Part shown: in pieces, positions 1 to 13,100 of the stretch
How the letters are laid out: each line of letters starts with the position of its first letter
Numbering within the stretch: the stretch's first letter is position 1
DNA from: Cladosporium halotolerans
Lineage: Eukaryota
Direction: 5' to 3'
Length of the DNA: 64,000 nt
Assembly: GCF_011745625.1 (NCBI RefSeq)
Contig: NW_027191465.1
Coordinates: 124,001 to 188,000, forward strand
Made by a program: the position numbers and the translations under genes
Notes under the pieces: model-generated
Database searches by the model: none
What the model saw: only the letters and a program-made list of their open reading frames with translations
What the model was told of the DNA's origin: nothing

Positions 1-1266
1 ACGCCTGATGGAAGAGCTTCACGGTTCGTGTAACGGAACGCAAAGGCGAGGCGAGTGCGAACGAGCGAGCGAGGGCAAGGCGACACAGAGGAGGGCTGCG
101 CTGCGGCTGGCCGCGGACGCCGAAGAATCGATCGCCACGCCCAACGCACGCAAGGCGCTGCCCTCCCGCCCGGTAGACAATATATGCGCGTAGGCGAGCG
201 CGATTGTGCGCGGAGCCCGTGCAGGCTTGCATGAGCGCCGTGTGCGACCTCAGGCCGCCGCCGTTTCTCGGTTTTCGACTGGACGAGCAGCGTGAGAGGT
301 GGCCGAGCAGCTTTCTGCACGCTATGCGTCCACTGCTGGCCTGACGTGGCGATTACCGTCGGCTCTCGCGCCGGCAACTGCGCGACATCACGAACTGTCG
401 TCCCCACACGGCGCCAGCGGACACGTGAGTTTGCGGGGCGCGTGCTTGTCAGAGCGTTGCTCAGGGTGTGCCGACGCCGTTACTGGAAGGTCCAAGCAGG
501 TTCCGCTGGAGATGGTATAGCAAACTATCACATGAAAGAATCAATGACTCGCTCTTCGACGTTCTAAGCTCAAGGCGCTTTGGAGGCACTAGATTTTGCC
601 TTTGTTCTCGCTCGTACTCGCAAAAAGCACAGATGTGATGAGAGTCTCCCCTGGTCCAGCCGAGCCCGGCCAGCTGGCAGGAAGGCCCGACTCATGCCTC
701 GTCGGCAGCGTGCAGGGTGTCAAGAGATTTCACGGGGGAGCACGACAGATCCTCTCGAATTTTGGGCGGCGCGTGCGCCGAAGGGGCGTTCCGTACGACG
801 ATGCGTGCCGAGACAATGGCGCGGCGTTGCGACGCATGGCTGTCTTGTTGGATGGGTCCATTGACTGGTCCGTTGAAAAGGGGAAGAATGTGATGGTTGA
901 TAAGAAGCTGTGTTCATTTCAGTCATAGTACTACAGCATGTACAGAAAACACCCGACGGTAGCCGGTACAGAAAGGGCAGCAGATGCGTGCTAACGTATG
1001 GACACCGAAAGTGGTACGTGTGTATGGGTGATCGCTGTGTGGTCATCAAAGCGCTAGTGGACGAGCGGACGATGGTCTGGTCGAACTCCAGCGCGTTGTC
1101 GTTGCAGAAAGATTCTCCGTTGTCCTGTGAATCCCGGAGCAATGGCTGCACGATGGTGCCCAGAGATCTCCTCACATGTGCTGTCGAAATGTCATCCAAT
1201 CGAGCCATTTGAAACCCATCATCCAATGCCGTGTAATGCATTGAGACCGTGTCTCCATGTGAATGT

Positions 1267-4165
1267 TCATGGGCGGCCGCTGGCCGACGAATGCCCGTTT
1301 GAAACCCCTTCTTCCAATGCGTTGAAGTAGACTTTGTCGTCGCAGCCGTAGATGCAGTCAGCTTCCAGCTCAAACTCTTGCTCTAGTGGCCCCTCGATGC
1401 CCCACTGACGGCCGAGCCAGCAGCCGCTTGCTGCTTTGTAGGGTCGCGACAGCACATTCTTGAGTTGCAGAAGCCGGCGTTCTCCTAACCTGCTTTGCTC
1501 GACTGCACTGTTCCAATATTGCGCGAGCTCCCTCAGGCATTCGAGGCCACTAGTAATGCCCTCCAAAGTCGGACCGAGAGTCGAGTCTGGCCCACCGGCT
1601 CCAACGATGTCCACTGCTGAAAGCGCCGCGTAGCCAGGGAAAGGTACTGTGAACTCGAAACGAGTGGGTTGGCCGGTTCTAGGATGGATGGTGTCGCGCC
1701 TAGCGTTCTGAACGGCGCGCATGATGCTCAGTATACTGTGGGCGTGATGATGGCAGGCGCGAATGTTACGAGGCGTAAGGTCCCGCGCCAGAGGATGACG
1801 CATGCAGCGGTTTAGCTTCATGAGCAAGAAGTGGTGCAACACGTGCAGTGAAACGAAGGTGCCGACGTAGCCTTCTTGTATGCTCCGGTCCAAGTTCGCC
1901 TCGCTGTATTGAAGGTATCCAGGGAGCTGTGCGCTCCATTCCACCATTGCAGCATGTGTATTTTTGTAGAGCGTCTCATACGCTTGACGGTAGGTACCGC
2001 GGTTGTGGTTGGTGGACCGGTAGATGAAGCTCATTGTTTCTCCCCAGACATTGCCTACAATTACCAGCCAGGCCATTGGCGCCACCGGACTGGACGGGCT
2101 CAGAATAGTGGAAGTTCGTTCTATCGTGCCGTTGTCGAAGAATGGCGCTTGCGAAGGCATGCTGCTTTCGTATGCATCATCCGCACATGGCAGCCGCAAG
2201 TAGATGTCTGCGGGGTTGATAAGACAGAGCATGCCTCCACAGAAGCCGTTGTACCTATCCATCATGAATCCAGCCCAGAAAGTCCGGCGCCGACACTCTG
2301 TGTTCTGTTCTCTCGTATGTCCGAAAGGTATGGCTGGATTCCTACGATTGCGATCGATCTCGCACCCTTCCTCGTGGTTGTATCGTAGCGCACTGATGGC
2401 ACGGATTGCAAGGCCGCAGTAGTCCCAGGCGGCACCCTCGTTTCCTTTTGCAAAATTGTAGAGACCCAGCAATAAGCGTACCTGGACCACAGGGAGGCTG
2501 AAACGTCCGATCTTCGTCATCGCTCCTTCGGTGGCCATGTCGGCGCACCTTTTGCCGATGCCACCAAATTCCTGGCCCGCGAAAACAGATCCCATAGCCA
2601 TCAAAGCGTACAAAACGATGCGTTCGTTTTGACATTTCTCGCGAGATGTAGTCAGCCAGTTCATGAAAGTGACCCTCGGAAACATGCAATAAGTTGCACT
2701 GTTCACGTGCGTGAAGTATGACTCGAGAAGATGAATCGTCATCTCTGGGTCCAGAGAGTATGGGTCGTCTTCCCACGACGCAAACGCCAAATCTTTGACC
2801 CGGGGCGGCCGCGGGTGATGATATTGGTTGTATGGGTCTTGATTCAATGCCATTGCGTTGCTCATAGCTGACGAAGGTGACATGGAACGATGTTTCTTGA
2901 CCGACATACTTTCGACGGCACTTTCATCCTCTGCCCTTCGCTTGACGAAGGGATCCTGGTCCGACAAACGATTTGTCTTCGGGGGCATCAAATTCATTGG
3001 TCGATGGAGTGGCATTTGAGGGTCGGAGACGCGCTCGGCTGGTTGCGAATGTGGTACTAGAGGGGGTGAGCCACCGTCGGACGTCCATTGGCCGTTTGTC
3101 GTATTATCGGCCGTCACGGGCTGATTTGGTGCGCTGAGAAAGATTAGCTGTGATCTTGGCAACTCATGTGAAGCAATGTATATACCGTCTACAAGGCCTC
3201 TTTGCTTTCTCGCATTGCAGGCAACTATTTGCACCAGGCTCACACTTGATCTTTTTTTCTCGACAGTCAAGGCAAGCCAACGCAAGACGTTTTCGCGGCT
3301 TGTTGGCTTTGGTCAAGCCCCATTGAGGATTTACCGTCTCGCCGTCGACCGAGGTCGGAATCCGATAGCCTCCCTCGTAGACGTGGAAAGTGCCCTCTCC
3401 CGGGAAATCTTTAATACCAAGATACTTCTTCGAGGCCTCGGCTCCTGTCGGTGTGAACGGTGGATTGATAGGGCGATCATACGATGCTGTTGAGCTTCGG
3501 TGGGTCGGATGTTCGGCCGGCAGGGGCGTGTAGGGACTCGGTGCGCCCGCTGTCATGTAGGAGCTCGTAGAAGTTTGCCGGGGTCTCTCAAAGCGAGGAT
3601 CCACGCCGTCACGTCCGTCTCCATGGTAAGTCGTGTAAGACGCGGTGGGTGGTCCTGGTGGTTGACGTGGTACGGGCTGCGTTTCCAAGATCGGAAGATC
3701 AAGACGGCGATCGTGTTGCGCGGGATATGGCCTTTGCGGTTCGGGTGGCCTGTATGGTGCGTGTTGGGGAGGTGGATTGCTGGTATACTGGGTAGAGGGC
3801 TCGACGGGTCGTTGCTCGTACCTCGGTGCAGGAGGGTGTGACCAGCTCGACTGCGGCGGCTGAGGTGAACTGTGCGAGGCAGGTGTTAGGATATCTCGAA
3901 GACCAGGCAACGTTTGTCCCGGCGGACGATAGCCGTTTGGATCGATGTGCCTAGGAGTTGAGTCGCTGATGCGATGACCATGGGATTGAACGCCCGATCG
4001 TGGTTCCAGCGGTCGAGGCAAGTCCATCGTCGGTCGACGTTCCAATCCAGGGTGCGCCGCCTGTGGTCCGTATTCAGAATGGGATTCGTACGGTGAGTAC
4101 ATCTTTGGCTGCCCAGAATAAGGAACGGTACTAGGGAGCATAATTCGCAGCTCGCCCTCGCTCAT
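1267..4165 (-). CDS. Zn(II)2Cys6 fungal transcription factor with Fungal_trans-type middle homology region (~948 aa, 2 exons)
   Basis: Zn cluster RKRLALACLDCREKKIKCEPGANSCLQCEKAKRPC ends exon 1 (4165-3186). A 52-nt intron at 3185-3134 (GTATAT...GCTAAT...CAG) joins it in frame to exon 2 (3133-1267), which carries YFTHVN...F and ECRRRTFWAGFMMDR motifs. Confidence 0.92.
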
Positions 4166-7100
4166 GTCGAGGTACTAGCGGGATTTGAAGCGGGAGTCAG
4201 TAAAGAAGATGGGTTTGTGCAACCACCGGCAGGCAAAAGCGTCATCGGTCTGCCGGCTGCTTCGAGATAGGCACCCGGATAGGTTGGCTGGGTTGGATTA
4301 CGAGTCGTGGGCAGGCTCTGGATCGACGGGTCACCCGGCACTCTGTGCTCCTGCACCTGCAGGGAGTCCTGATGAAACGGAGACGGCTCCGTCAGTAGTA
4401 TGGCGAGCGTGACACGATCAGCGACGGCTCCGATTCCCAGTCGGTGGTGAGGGGGCGGAGAGGTGGCAGAAAGCAGATGGGATCCGTGCTAGGGCCACGA
4501 GGGCCGGAGAGGTGCAGACAGGAGTGGCGGAGGCTGCGCGAGGACCAGCTCTCGGAGGGCGATGCCTGGCGCTGGCGTCTGAGATGAGTGCTGGCGAGGC
4601 GAGTCGGGCGAGGTCACGAAGACAGGCGGCGAGAGGAGGAGAGAGGAGCAGCGGCAGGGCGGGTAGGCAGGAGCGTGAGGCAGCGTAGAAGAGGGCCGAG
4701 CAGCAAGAGTCGTGCGGCAGTCAGGGCACCGGGCTGCTGGTCCCGAGCAGGCAAGCTCGGCACAGGACGAGAGATGAGGGTCTGCGCCTCTGAGGGTGTG
4801 CCGGAGGGGTGGACGAGGCGCGGTCGGCGGCGAGGGCAGGCGGCGGCGGAACAGGCGCGCAGCTGGCGGAACGGGCTGGAGGCAGGTGGAGGATGCTGGC
4901 AGAGATCATGATGGCTCGGGTAGACGATCGCTGGCGGGCGCAGGGCATCGCGATGGGCGACGGCGCGCCTGGTGAGGGTGGTGGCCGATGCGAGGCATGC
5001 CTGCTAGCGGCGACGCCTTCTTCCCCAGACGAACCAGTGCGCGGCGGCCGACGGGCAGCTGGCGGGCTGCCTGAGCCTGCCTCAGAGCTACCCACGCCGC
5101 CCGCGTCCCTCACAACCACATGCCGATGGCAGACGGCGCGCGGCTTGGCCTCGCCCGCATCCTGCATGACTCTCGCTTTTTTCCGCCGCTACATGCTAGT
5201 ACGACCAGCGCTGCCGGCACGGAGCCCGGCGATCTATGCTCATGCATCTGCACGTCCATGCGGTGCGCCTGCGCCTGCGCTGCCCATGCTCCCAGGCCTC
5301 CATCCTCCCGTGCATCCTGGATGCTGCGCCAGAGCCGTGCCGCCGACGCCCGCCAGCCTCGCCCTCGCCCTCGCCGTCGCCCCAGGGCCCTTCCCTCGCC
5401 TGCGCGCCCTGCCGCCGCCGCGAGCTCGCCTCTCCTCGTCCTCTGCTGCCGCTGCGTACCTCCAGCCAACAAGCCATGCGCCGCGCCTGCGGCTACCCCG
5501 TCCCTGCTCTCCTCCTCCCTCCGTGGACTATGCGTGGGCTCGCACCGGGCTCGGGGCTGCGCGCTGCAGTAGCCCGCCGTTGCACCTTCAGCCTAGCCTC
5601 CGCGCTCCTCGTCCACGTCAGGTCAGGCCGCAGACCTGCTTCGCCTGCTCTCGGATGGCAACCCGGCGAGCGGGCCACTCGCGCTGGCCGGCGCGCTAAT
5701 CGTCCCGTGCAGCAGGCGGCGGCACGTACACCCGACGGCAGTGGCTGGCCTGACACGTTTAGTGCGGTGTCGCGCTGCCGCTGAAGACGCCAGAAATCCC
5801 GCCCTGCAGCGGCCGTGGCAGGCCTGCGCGCAATAGCAACGATAATAATAATACTGGATGCGGCCAGCCGCCGCGGAACCCGCCCAGATCCCAGCGCCGC
5901 TTGCACTATCAGCGTCTGCCCTCCTACTCAGTCCAATCCATCCTTTATCAATGTGTGTGCAGCGGGGGTGACAACGACGTGCAGCCTGCCTCGGTACGCC
6001 GCTCCGACGCTCTGCTAAGCGCCACGCGCTCGCGTCCTCTCCGCCTGATCCAGGCTTTACCGCAAGAGGTAGCACTGTTGCATGGCGCCGGGCGACTCCT
6101 GATTGTTTGCAGCAACTGCATTTGTCTTGGCTAGCTAACAAACCCTCTCTCGGCTATTCCTCGAGCTCGTGCATGTGCTTTGGAACGTGCCGACGAGCGT
6201 CACCGCGGGCCAGGTGCTCCTTGGGGACCGAGCAATCCGCCTCGCTCATCCGCATTGCAGATCTCGAGCATCGGCTAATGTCTCCCCCCCACCGCCGCGC
6301 ACTTCATAGATGCTGTCGGCATGCAGATTGATCCTGTCGGCTTAGAGGATGTGCCAGGCCGCGCCGTCACAAACTGCGAAGTCGAGAATTGTCGGTGGAG
6401 CTCAGCGCTGCAAGCTCGAAACTCTGTCGGCCAACTTTGCCGGCAACAGAGATTGCCGCCGGCTTTGACTACAGAGTTCAAATTCTATTATACACACCCT
6501 TGCGGAGCCGCACGGCACGGCACACGCAGACCTTACGTCGGTTGCCGATGTCAGATGTCAAACGTCGAAGTCGAGACCGAAATGGACCGATCGTCAAGTT
6601 GTCGGCATGCCGGCCTAAGTTTCATAGTCTACATCTGACCCACGTCTAATCACACGCCTTCTCGGCTCTGCTTGGAGGGCCAAGGGCGACGCGCGCGTAG
6701 GCGAAATTTGATTTCTCCGTCCTCCAAGCTTTTGCATCGCCGCCGAAAGCAGTCAGCAGCCTTGCACCGGGAGACTCTATCACTGTCACGGCGCCGAAAG
6801 AGCGGCGATCACAAGTCATGCAGAGACGCCTCTTGTGGTGTGCCGCTTGGCACATCAAGACGACGGCCTGTCAAACATGATTCGGCTGTTGGCTCGGGGG
6901 ACCCCGAATCTCCGGCGAAATAGCGCGAGACTAATGTCTGTAGATTAAACCTTAAATCGTGCACACAAGTCAAGGTTTGCTTCGCTAGGATCCTACTCGC
7001 GCGGTTGAACGCAACCTTAGGTACGTCAACAGCGTTGGCGATCGTATGTACTGTACCTGCGACAGCGCATGCTTCTGCTCTAAAGAACTCTAATCTACCG

Positions 7101-10100
7101 CCGAACAGCCTTTCTCAGGGAATCTCCGTTCTCTCTCGCAGGGGCTTCAGGCGCGATCAAATTTCTCGCCAGCTTGTAGCGTTGCCATCCCAAAGAGCGT
7201 TACGTTCGCCCCAGTTGACGACTTACAGCAGAGCGTGCTACACCGAATTCTCGTACGTACACACATACACCTCCTGTTACAGTCTCCTCTCGGCGCCGCC
7301 TCCCGTGCTCCACTCGGGCAGCAGACAGCCTGCATCCCTCGGGCGCTCAAATCCCGCTATACTACAACGGAATTATGGGCGATCACTCGAAATAGCCGAG
7401 CACCAAGCAACAGCGAACGTTTCGTTGCGAGAGTTCAGTGGCCTGGCGCGGACTCAACTTGCGTTCCACCTCACGCCAGGATTGCCGGGCCCGCAACACC
7501 ATCGTTCTAGCGTCTTAAAACGGTCCTCGCTATACACGCCGCGCTTGGCGTAGTTTGCCGACCTTCGCATCGTGATCAACTTTATGGTCAGCGTTGCATC
7601 CGTAAAAGGCAGCATGCGATTGGCAGAACTGCCCCGGACATACGTGCGTCGGATGTAGCGGTTGCCAGAGCTGAAATATCTGCCTTTGCCTAGAATGGAG
7701 CGATCTTCCTCCAATGTTGTCCCGCTGCACTCGGCCGTCTTACGTTCATCGTGTCGAGGTTCTCGGTCCAAACACCTGAAGTTGCAGGGATCGTCACACA
7801 TCATAGCTGAAGCGTGCGCGACGTCCCGCACCAAGAAACGTGAGGAAGCTAGGCGTGATAGCCCGAGTCGTGTGGTCAGGGGACTGTGCAAAACTAGCGC
7901 CTCGAAAGCGGGAGGGTTGCAGGGCTGCAGTGGGTTCGACACGCTTCAGAATGGATATTCATCTTGCCGGTGCCCGTGTGTACACATTTTGAAGTTTGTA
8001 CTCATGCAGGCCGTCGAACTTGAGCCGCATGATTCAATCACACTAGAGCACCCTACGTGTGCCGCGTTCAACTTCGATCAGCGGTAGGCCTCGTCAAAAT
8101 TGATGCTAAAGAACTCGCTAATCGCGACAAGGGGGTAATGTTCGAGACATTAGACATGATCAACCTGTGACAACACTTCTTGGTCCAGTAGATCCTACCT
8201 TTGGTACATACAGTTGTACCAAGCCACTCGCTCGCCCACTTCCTAGCAGTCTGGACTCTTCTGAGGTGTTACGGATGCCACCTAGTTCCGTAGCCGCTCA
8301 ACAGTCATTTGCATGGGACACCTTTAGCCATATCTCGCTGAGAGGATCACTTCAACAGGAGCGCGTGCATCGCAGTTCGGTCACGATTTGCGTCTCGTGT
8401 AGATCTGCCTCACAGGATCTTTAAAGTTCTTTGCCCTGACAAGCCTGCTTGCACGACAGCATCGCGGTCTTTGGCGGCTTTGGATACTCATACCGAAGCG
8501 ATTGCGGCTACGCAGACACGAGCTGCAAGCTTGCCCCAATATCAGTGGGGACCGACGGGCTAACTACGATCTTTCAAAGCCGGGTCCGGCTTGCCCTCCT
8601 TCGACTAGGCCCAAGCAAGGGCTGTGTGCCCTATCGGGGGCAACACTCCTGGCGAACACTGGAAGATTCTGCATTTGTGCATTCTCGCAGCGCTCCGGGG
8701 TTCACGCGAGCACATCCGGCAATTGCTGTCGCCGGCTGTCAATCAAGGAACTTGGATTCCTTGCTTGGTCTTTGCAGTGCTTCGTCAACTTGCAGCAATC
8801 TTGGCACGGCTCTCCATTGTTGCTCGTTCGCGCTTTGTGCACTTCAGAACCCTGTTGATCCCGGGCTGACACGCATGAGCTAGCCGGAAAGTGAGTGAAA
8901 CGACATAATCAATCTCGATCAAAGTTTGGATGGTCGGAGATGATTCCGACACTAGAGAGTCATGTCGATTCTGCAGCCACGCCGTCAGGCTAAACTGCAA
9001 ATCGCCCTCGAAGACTCCAAACGGTATGTATTGTATTCATATTGTTCGGAGACTGCTTGCTCAATCTTCGGACATGCTCGCGGCCCGGTAGTCCAAACCT
9101 TCTCCACAGAAAGACGGCTCGGGCCAATGATGTCGAACCTTGTGCTCCACTTGGCTGATCAGGGTTGGCCGGATTGCCGTTCGGCTTTGCTCCAAGCACA
9201 TGCGTCCGGTGCATGCCTAACGAGTAGCTTTGCGGTGTTGAACTGCCGTCATCAGCTTCTCTAGCTTGACCGCGTGGCATTAGGCACCCACCTTGCCCAT
9301 TGAAGCCGTTGAAGCTTCATCAAGGGTCAGAGTTCAAACGAGCTTCCAGCCGATCATCAGAAACAAACGGAGAACTTACTTCGGATTCAGGGCGTCTAGA
9401 TCTTCGGCTGCTGGGTTGCCGTGTTCGCTTCACCTGCCTCGCTGGAGATCGTCAGTCCCTCACTCGATGGCTGAAAGATGTCCCAGTAATCCCCTTGTCG
9501 GTCCTGTTAGATTTTCATGCCCGGCCAGAAATCTGTTTTGTTGAAGTCCACGATCGCGTTGTCAAACATTTCTCTTCCAATCCTATTGATGGAAGAATTC
9601 AGTCTTGATCATTTCAGCGGTGTGTAACTCAATACCTCTACCAACAGACCCGGATCATGATCTCTCAAGGTATGAAGCAAACTGCGCCACAAAGCAAGCC
9701 TCTTGACACTCGGAGACAGGTCCGAATACTGCGTTTGGACTTCAGGCCCCGAATCTGGGCGCTCACACTATCAGCCAGCTCGGCAGTGCTTCAAACAAGG
9801 TTTGGAAGTATGTTTAATGTCCTGCATTTCACTCGTAAGCTGCGAGTTACACCGAGCAAGGACCCGGGATCGTCTTCCCTCCTTGCGAACTTTGACGGAT
9901 TCCCTCGCCGTCGATCGCTGTCAAGTATAAGCGAGTCTAGTTGCTTAGTCGTGTCCAAACCAAATAGAGCTTGTCGTTCAGCTCCTTTCTGCTCGAGCAG
10001 AAAGCAGGATGGTGTTGCGTCGTTTACGAGCACATACCAGATCAAGGTAGGCGCACATTTTTGACAGCTACCAATCCACACCTCGCACCGAGCTGTTGGC

Positions 10101-13100
10101 CTCGTGGTCTTCGTGCTCGACACCCTCTTGCAAAATCGACGACGTCAACAGCAAAGTGTCATGCACGCCTAGGTACGCCGAGCCCACTGATAGGTCTAAG
10201 CTTGGACAGACCGTGGCCTTTCTACGCCCTGACCGGAGCTGCGTTCCACAGATCTCACAGCTGCTTCGCGCCAGCCGGGAGCGAGGCTGTGCAGCCCAAC
10301 GCTCTCGAAAGCCTTCGCCTGTGACGATCTGACACATGCGGCGTTCCCGAATCATGAAGACCACGCCCCGCCAGATCTCATGACGACTCGAGCCCGACCG
10401 CCCTCAATCAACCGCTGTTGGGCCCAGTAGTGTCACGAATCCATACGAATTTTATCACGCACGACTAGGCCGCCGTTGAAATCGCACGTTTTTGTAGAGA
10501 TGGCCTGCGTTTGTCTGTAGCCGTGACCCGAAGTCTCTTCCGAAGGGCTTCTCGGCCCTCCCTCCCGTCCGGCAAGACCCCGGGGTGCGATAGACTGCAC
10601 TAGAATCTCCGCGCCTGCGGTTCTGACGGCTGCTCAAGTAGTTTCCGAATTGCTCCCGCATTATTATCGGCTTGGGGTTCGTTGGTGTAGGATCATTATT
10701 GCGGTTGCCTGCGAGTCAGAGACTCTACTTCGCGCAGTTAACTGACGAGCCGTGGTTGGGCAGGTCGATGGTCAAGACATCTTTCAAGTGTTTTGTCAGA
10801 ATCTGTGGGAGTTACTCGGTCTAGCGAGAAACTCGCTGCCTCGTTCATGCGTGATCACGGCGTTCTTCGCCTAAGAGCGGCGGAAGGCCGGGCTGCCTCG
10901 TTGGACCAGTGATAAATCAGGGTCGGGATGGCGCTGTGTTCATAGCGCCATTGCATGTTTTCGAGCCAGCTAGGAAAGGAAAGGCGGGCGCGAGATGGAC
11001 TGTAGAGCTCGTCCACATCGTTCAAGTCCGACAAATGTAGCTCCTGTTTCAATCGCTGCGCAGCAGCCGTTGTCGAAAGGCCCATCGTGGTCAGAGGAAA
11101 GAGCATGGAAACACTCTGTCATTGGTTGATTGCCCTTTGAAGACGATGCGCCAAGAAGCCCACGGTATTAGGGGACAACAATCCTATCCGCCATGTCACG
11201 TCGCTGAATGATCTCGCTGGTCAGGCAGTCCGTCTATTCCACTAGATCTTCACACCGTCGCTGCCGACTGTGGGATCGTAGTGACAGCTCGACAAGAGGA
11301 TCCTCCACGCCTTCCAACCTCTCACCGACGACGGTGTCCTTGCGCCTACCACCTCACCGGCTCTTGACAAGCTGCACAGAACCATCGTCTGCGCTTCTTC
11401 CTCTATCAGCCATCCACGACAGTCTCCCTTCTTCGCACGCGAACGGCATCGACAGCTCGGATATTCCAGACTTGATCCTGAAGAAAAGGCGATTACAGTG
11501 ATGTTGTCCCTCCGACAATGATTCCTCGTTACGCCGACATTGGCCAACACAAGAGATCGATCCACGAGAAATATGCCGCAACAGCGACATGATGCCGCAG
11601 AATGGTCATCCAACGCGTACAAATGAGAATAATACGAATGAAGAGGCGCTATAGTAAACGGTAGGTCGGCAGTCTTACGTCGGGGACGAGCCTTTTGCCG
11701 TCTCTCAACCACTTCACGGTACCGCTGTTCAGCATAAAACAAGCAAAAGCTGGGACTTATACAATGAAGAAGAAGATACGACGATGGATTGCGAACGCCT
11801 CAACCGTGTATCTGTCACGAGTCATTTGGGGTTCTGGAGAGAGTCAGTCGACGGAGTCGAAGCTCCGCGATTTAGAGGGCAAATCTGGAAAGGATACAAC
11901 CTCACCTGTAGGGCTCGTGATCGTACGAAGCACCTGTTTGACGCTGCTTGCCAGCCGTCTTGTCAAGTTAGCGTTGTCTCTGGGCTTTGCGACTTCTGAG
12001 GCTCCCTCAGAGGCGCACTGATGCTGGTGGTGTCATCGAAGAGCATCTCGACGCATGCAGTGCAGGGGTCTACCAGGCGACGTGCTTTGTAGAGAGCATT
12101 GAGGTGAGCCACTTGATCTCGAAGCAGTGTCGAGACTACCATCAAATGGTGGCTGTAAACGGTTCACGTCTTCGATACTTTTCGAAGCATGGGAGGCAGC
12201 CGTAGCCAAACGGGGATGGGCTGGGAGCTCTACCGTTCTATATCACCAGCGCATGAGTCTCCAGGTGTCCTGTACATCTTACCCCACGCCGATATTATGC
12301 GCTCTATAGGCACCATGAGAAAGCAGCAGGCAGCGCGTCATCATCCAATTCGACTCCTCATACAGGCACTCCGAGCTGATAGACTAGACGGGCCGATACA
12401 TTGCCCGTATGTTATAAGGCATCCGAACGGTCGCAGGAGCCTTGCGGACGACTGCTCTGAGCAAATTGTCAAACATTATCTCCTAATGATGCTGGCTCCT
12501 CAAACGGAAGCGGCGTTCTGCTTTCGTATCTTTTTACCAAACATCGCATTAAACATGTAGCACAAAGAAAAGACCCTTGATGGATGCTTAACGCATCTAG
12601 TGAAATAACATCGAAGAGGAAAAGAGAGGGCACTATACGAGAAGAATGGAGGATAGGTCATTACTGACGCGGTGAGTTCACTGACATCTGACGAGGCCCC
12701 GCTCATATCAAAGCAACGTGAGACAGAATTGCTGCCTGTAAACTGAATAGCCACACGGCTTACCAGATGCCAATGCATCTGCGCGGGCATCAAGAGGTGT
12801 TGCTTACGCTCAGGTGTCTCTGACACATAGCACTCACAAAGGCAGTACGGAAGCCGCATACTCCTACGCGAATCACCCTGGATCGTCTCAAGGGCGGCAC
12901 AATCTCTCAACCTATTTGACAAGGGACGGCGGTGTCGCCGACGACAAGGCCGACGCGTGTTCTCCCTCGTTCCAGCTTGCCGCCGCCCAAACAGGAAATA
13001 GCAGCGGATTATGCATTGCGGTCTGAAAGAGGGCCTGGCTCGATGCCCGTGGGCATGCTACTGCCTGGTTTGTAGACAAGGCCCAACCCACTCGTGAAGT

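Noticed and set aside
720..1373. 217-aa minus-strand ORF overlapping the TF 3' end
   Set aside because: An alternate frame running into the 3' UTR, with no recognisable motif.
4588..6141. Several 100-300 aa ORFs on both strands
   Set aside because: Pro/Arg/Ala-rich translations expected from very GC-rich non-coding DNA with few stops.
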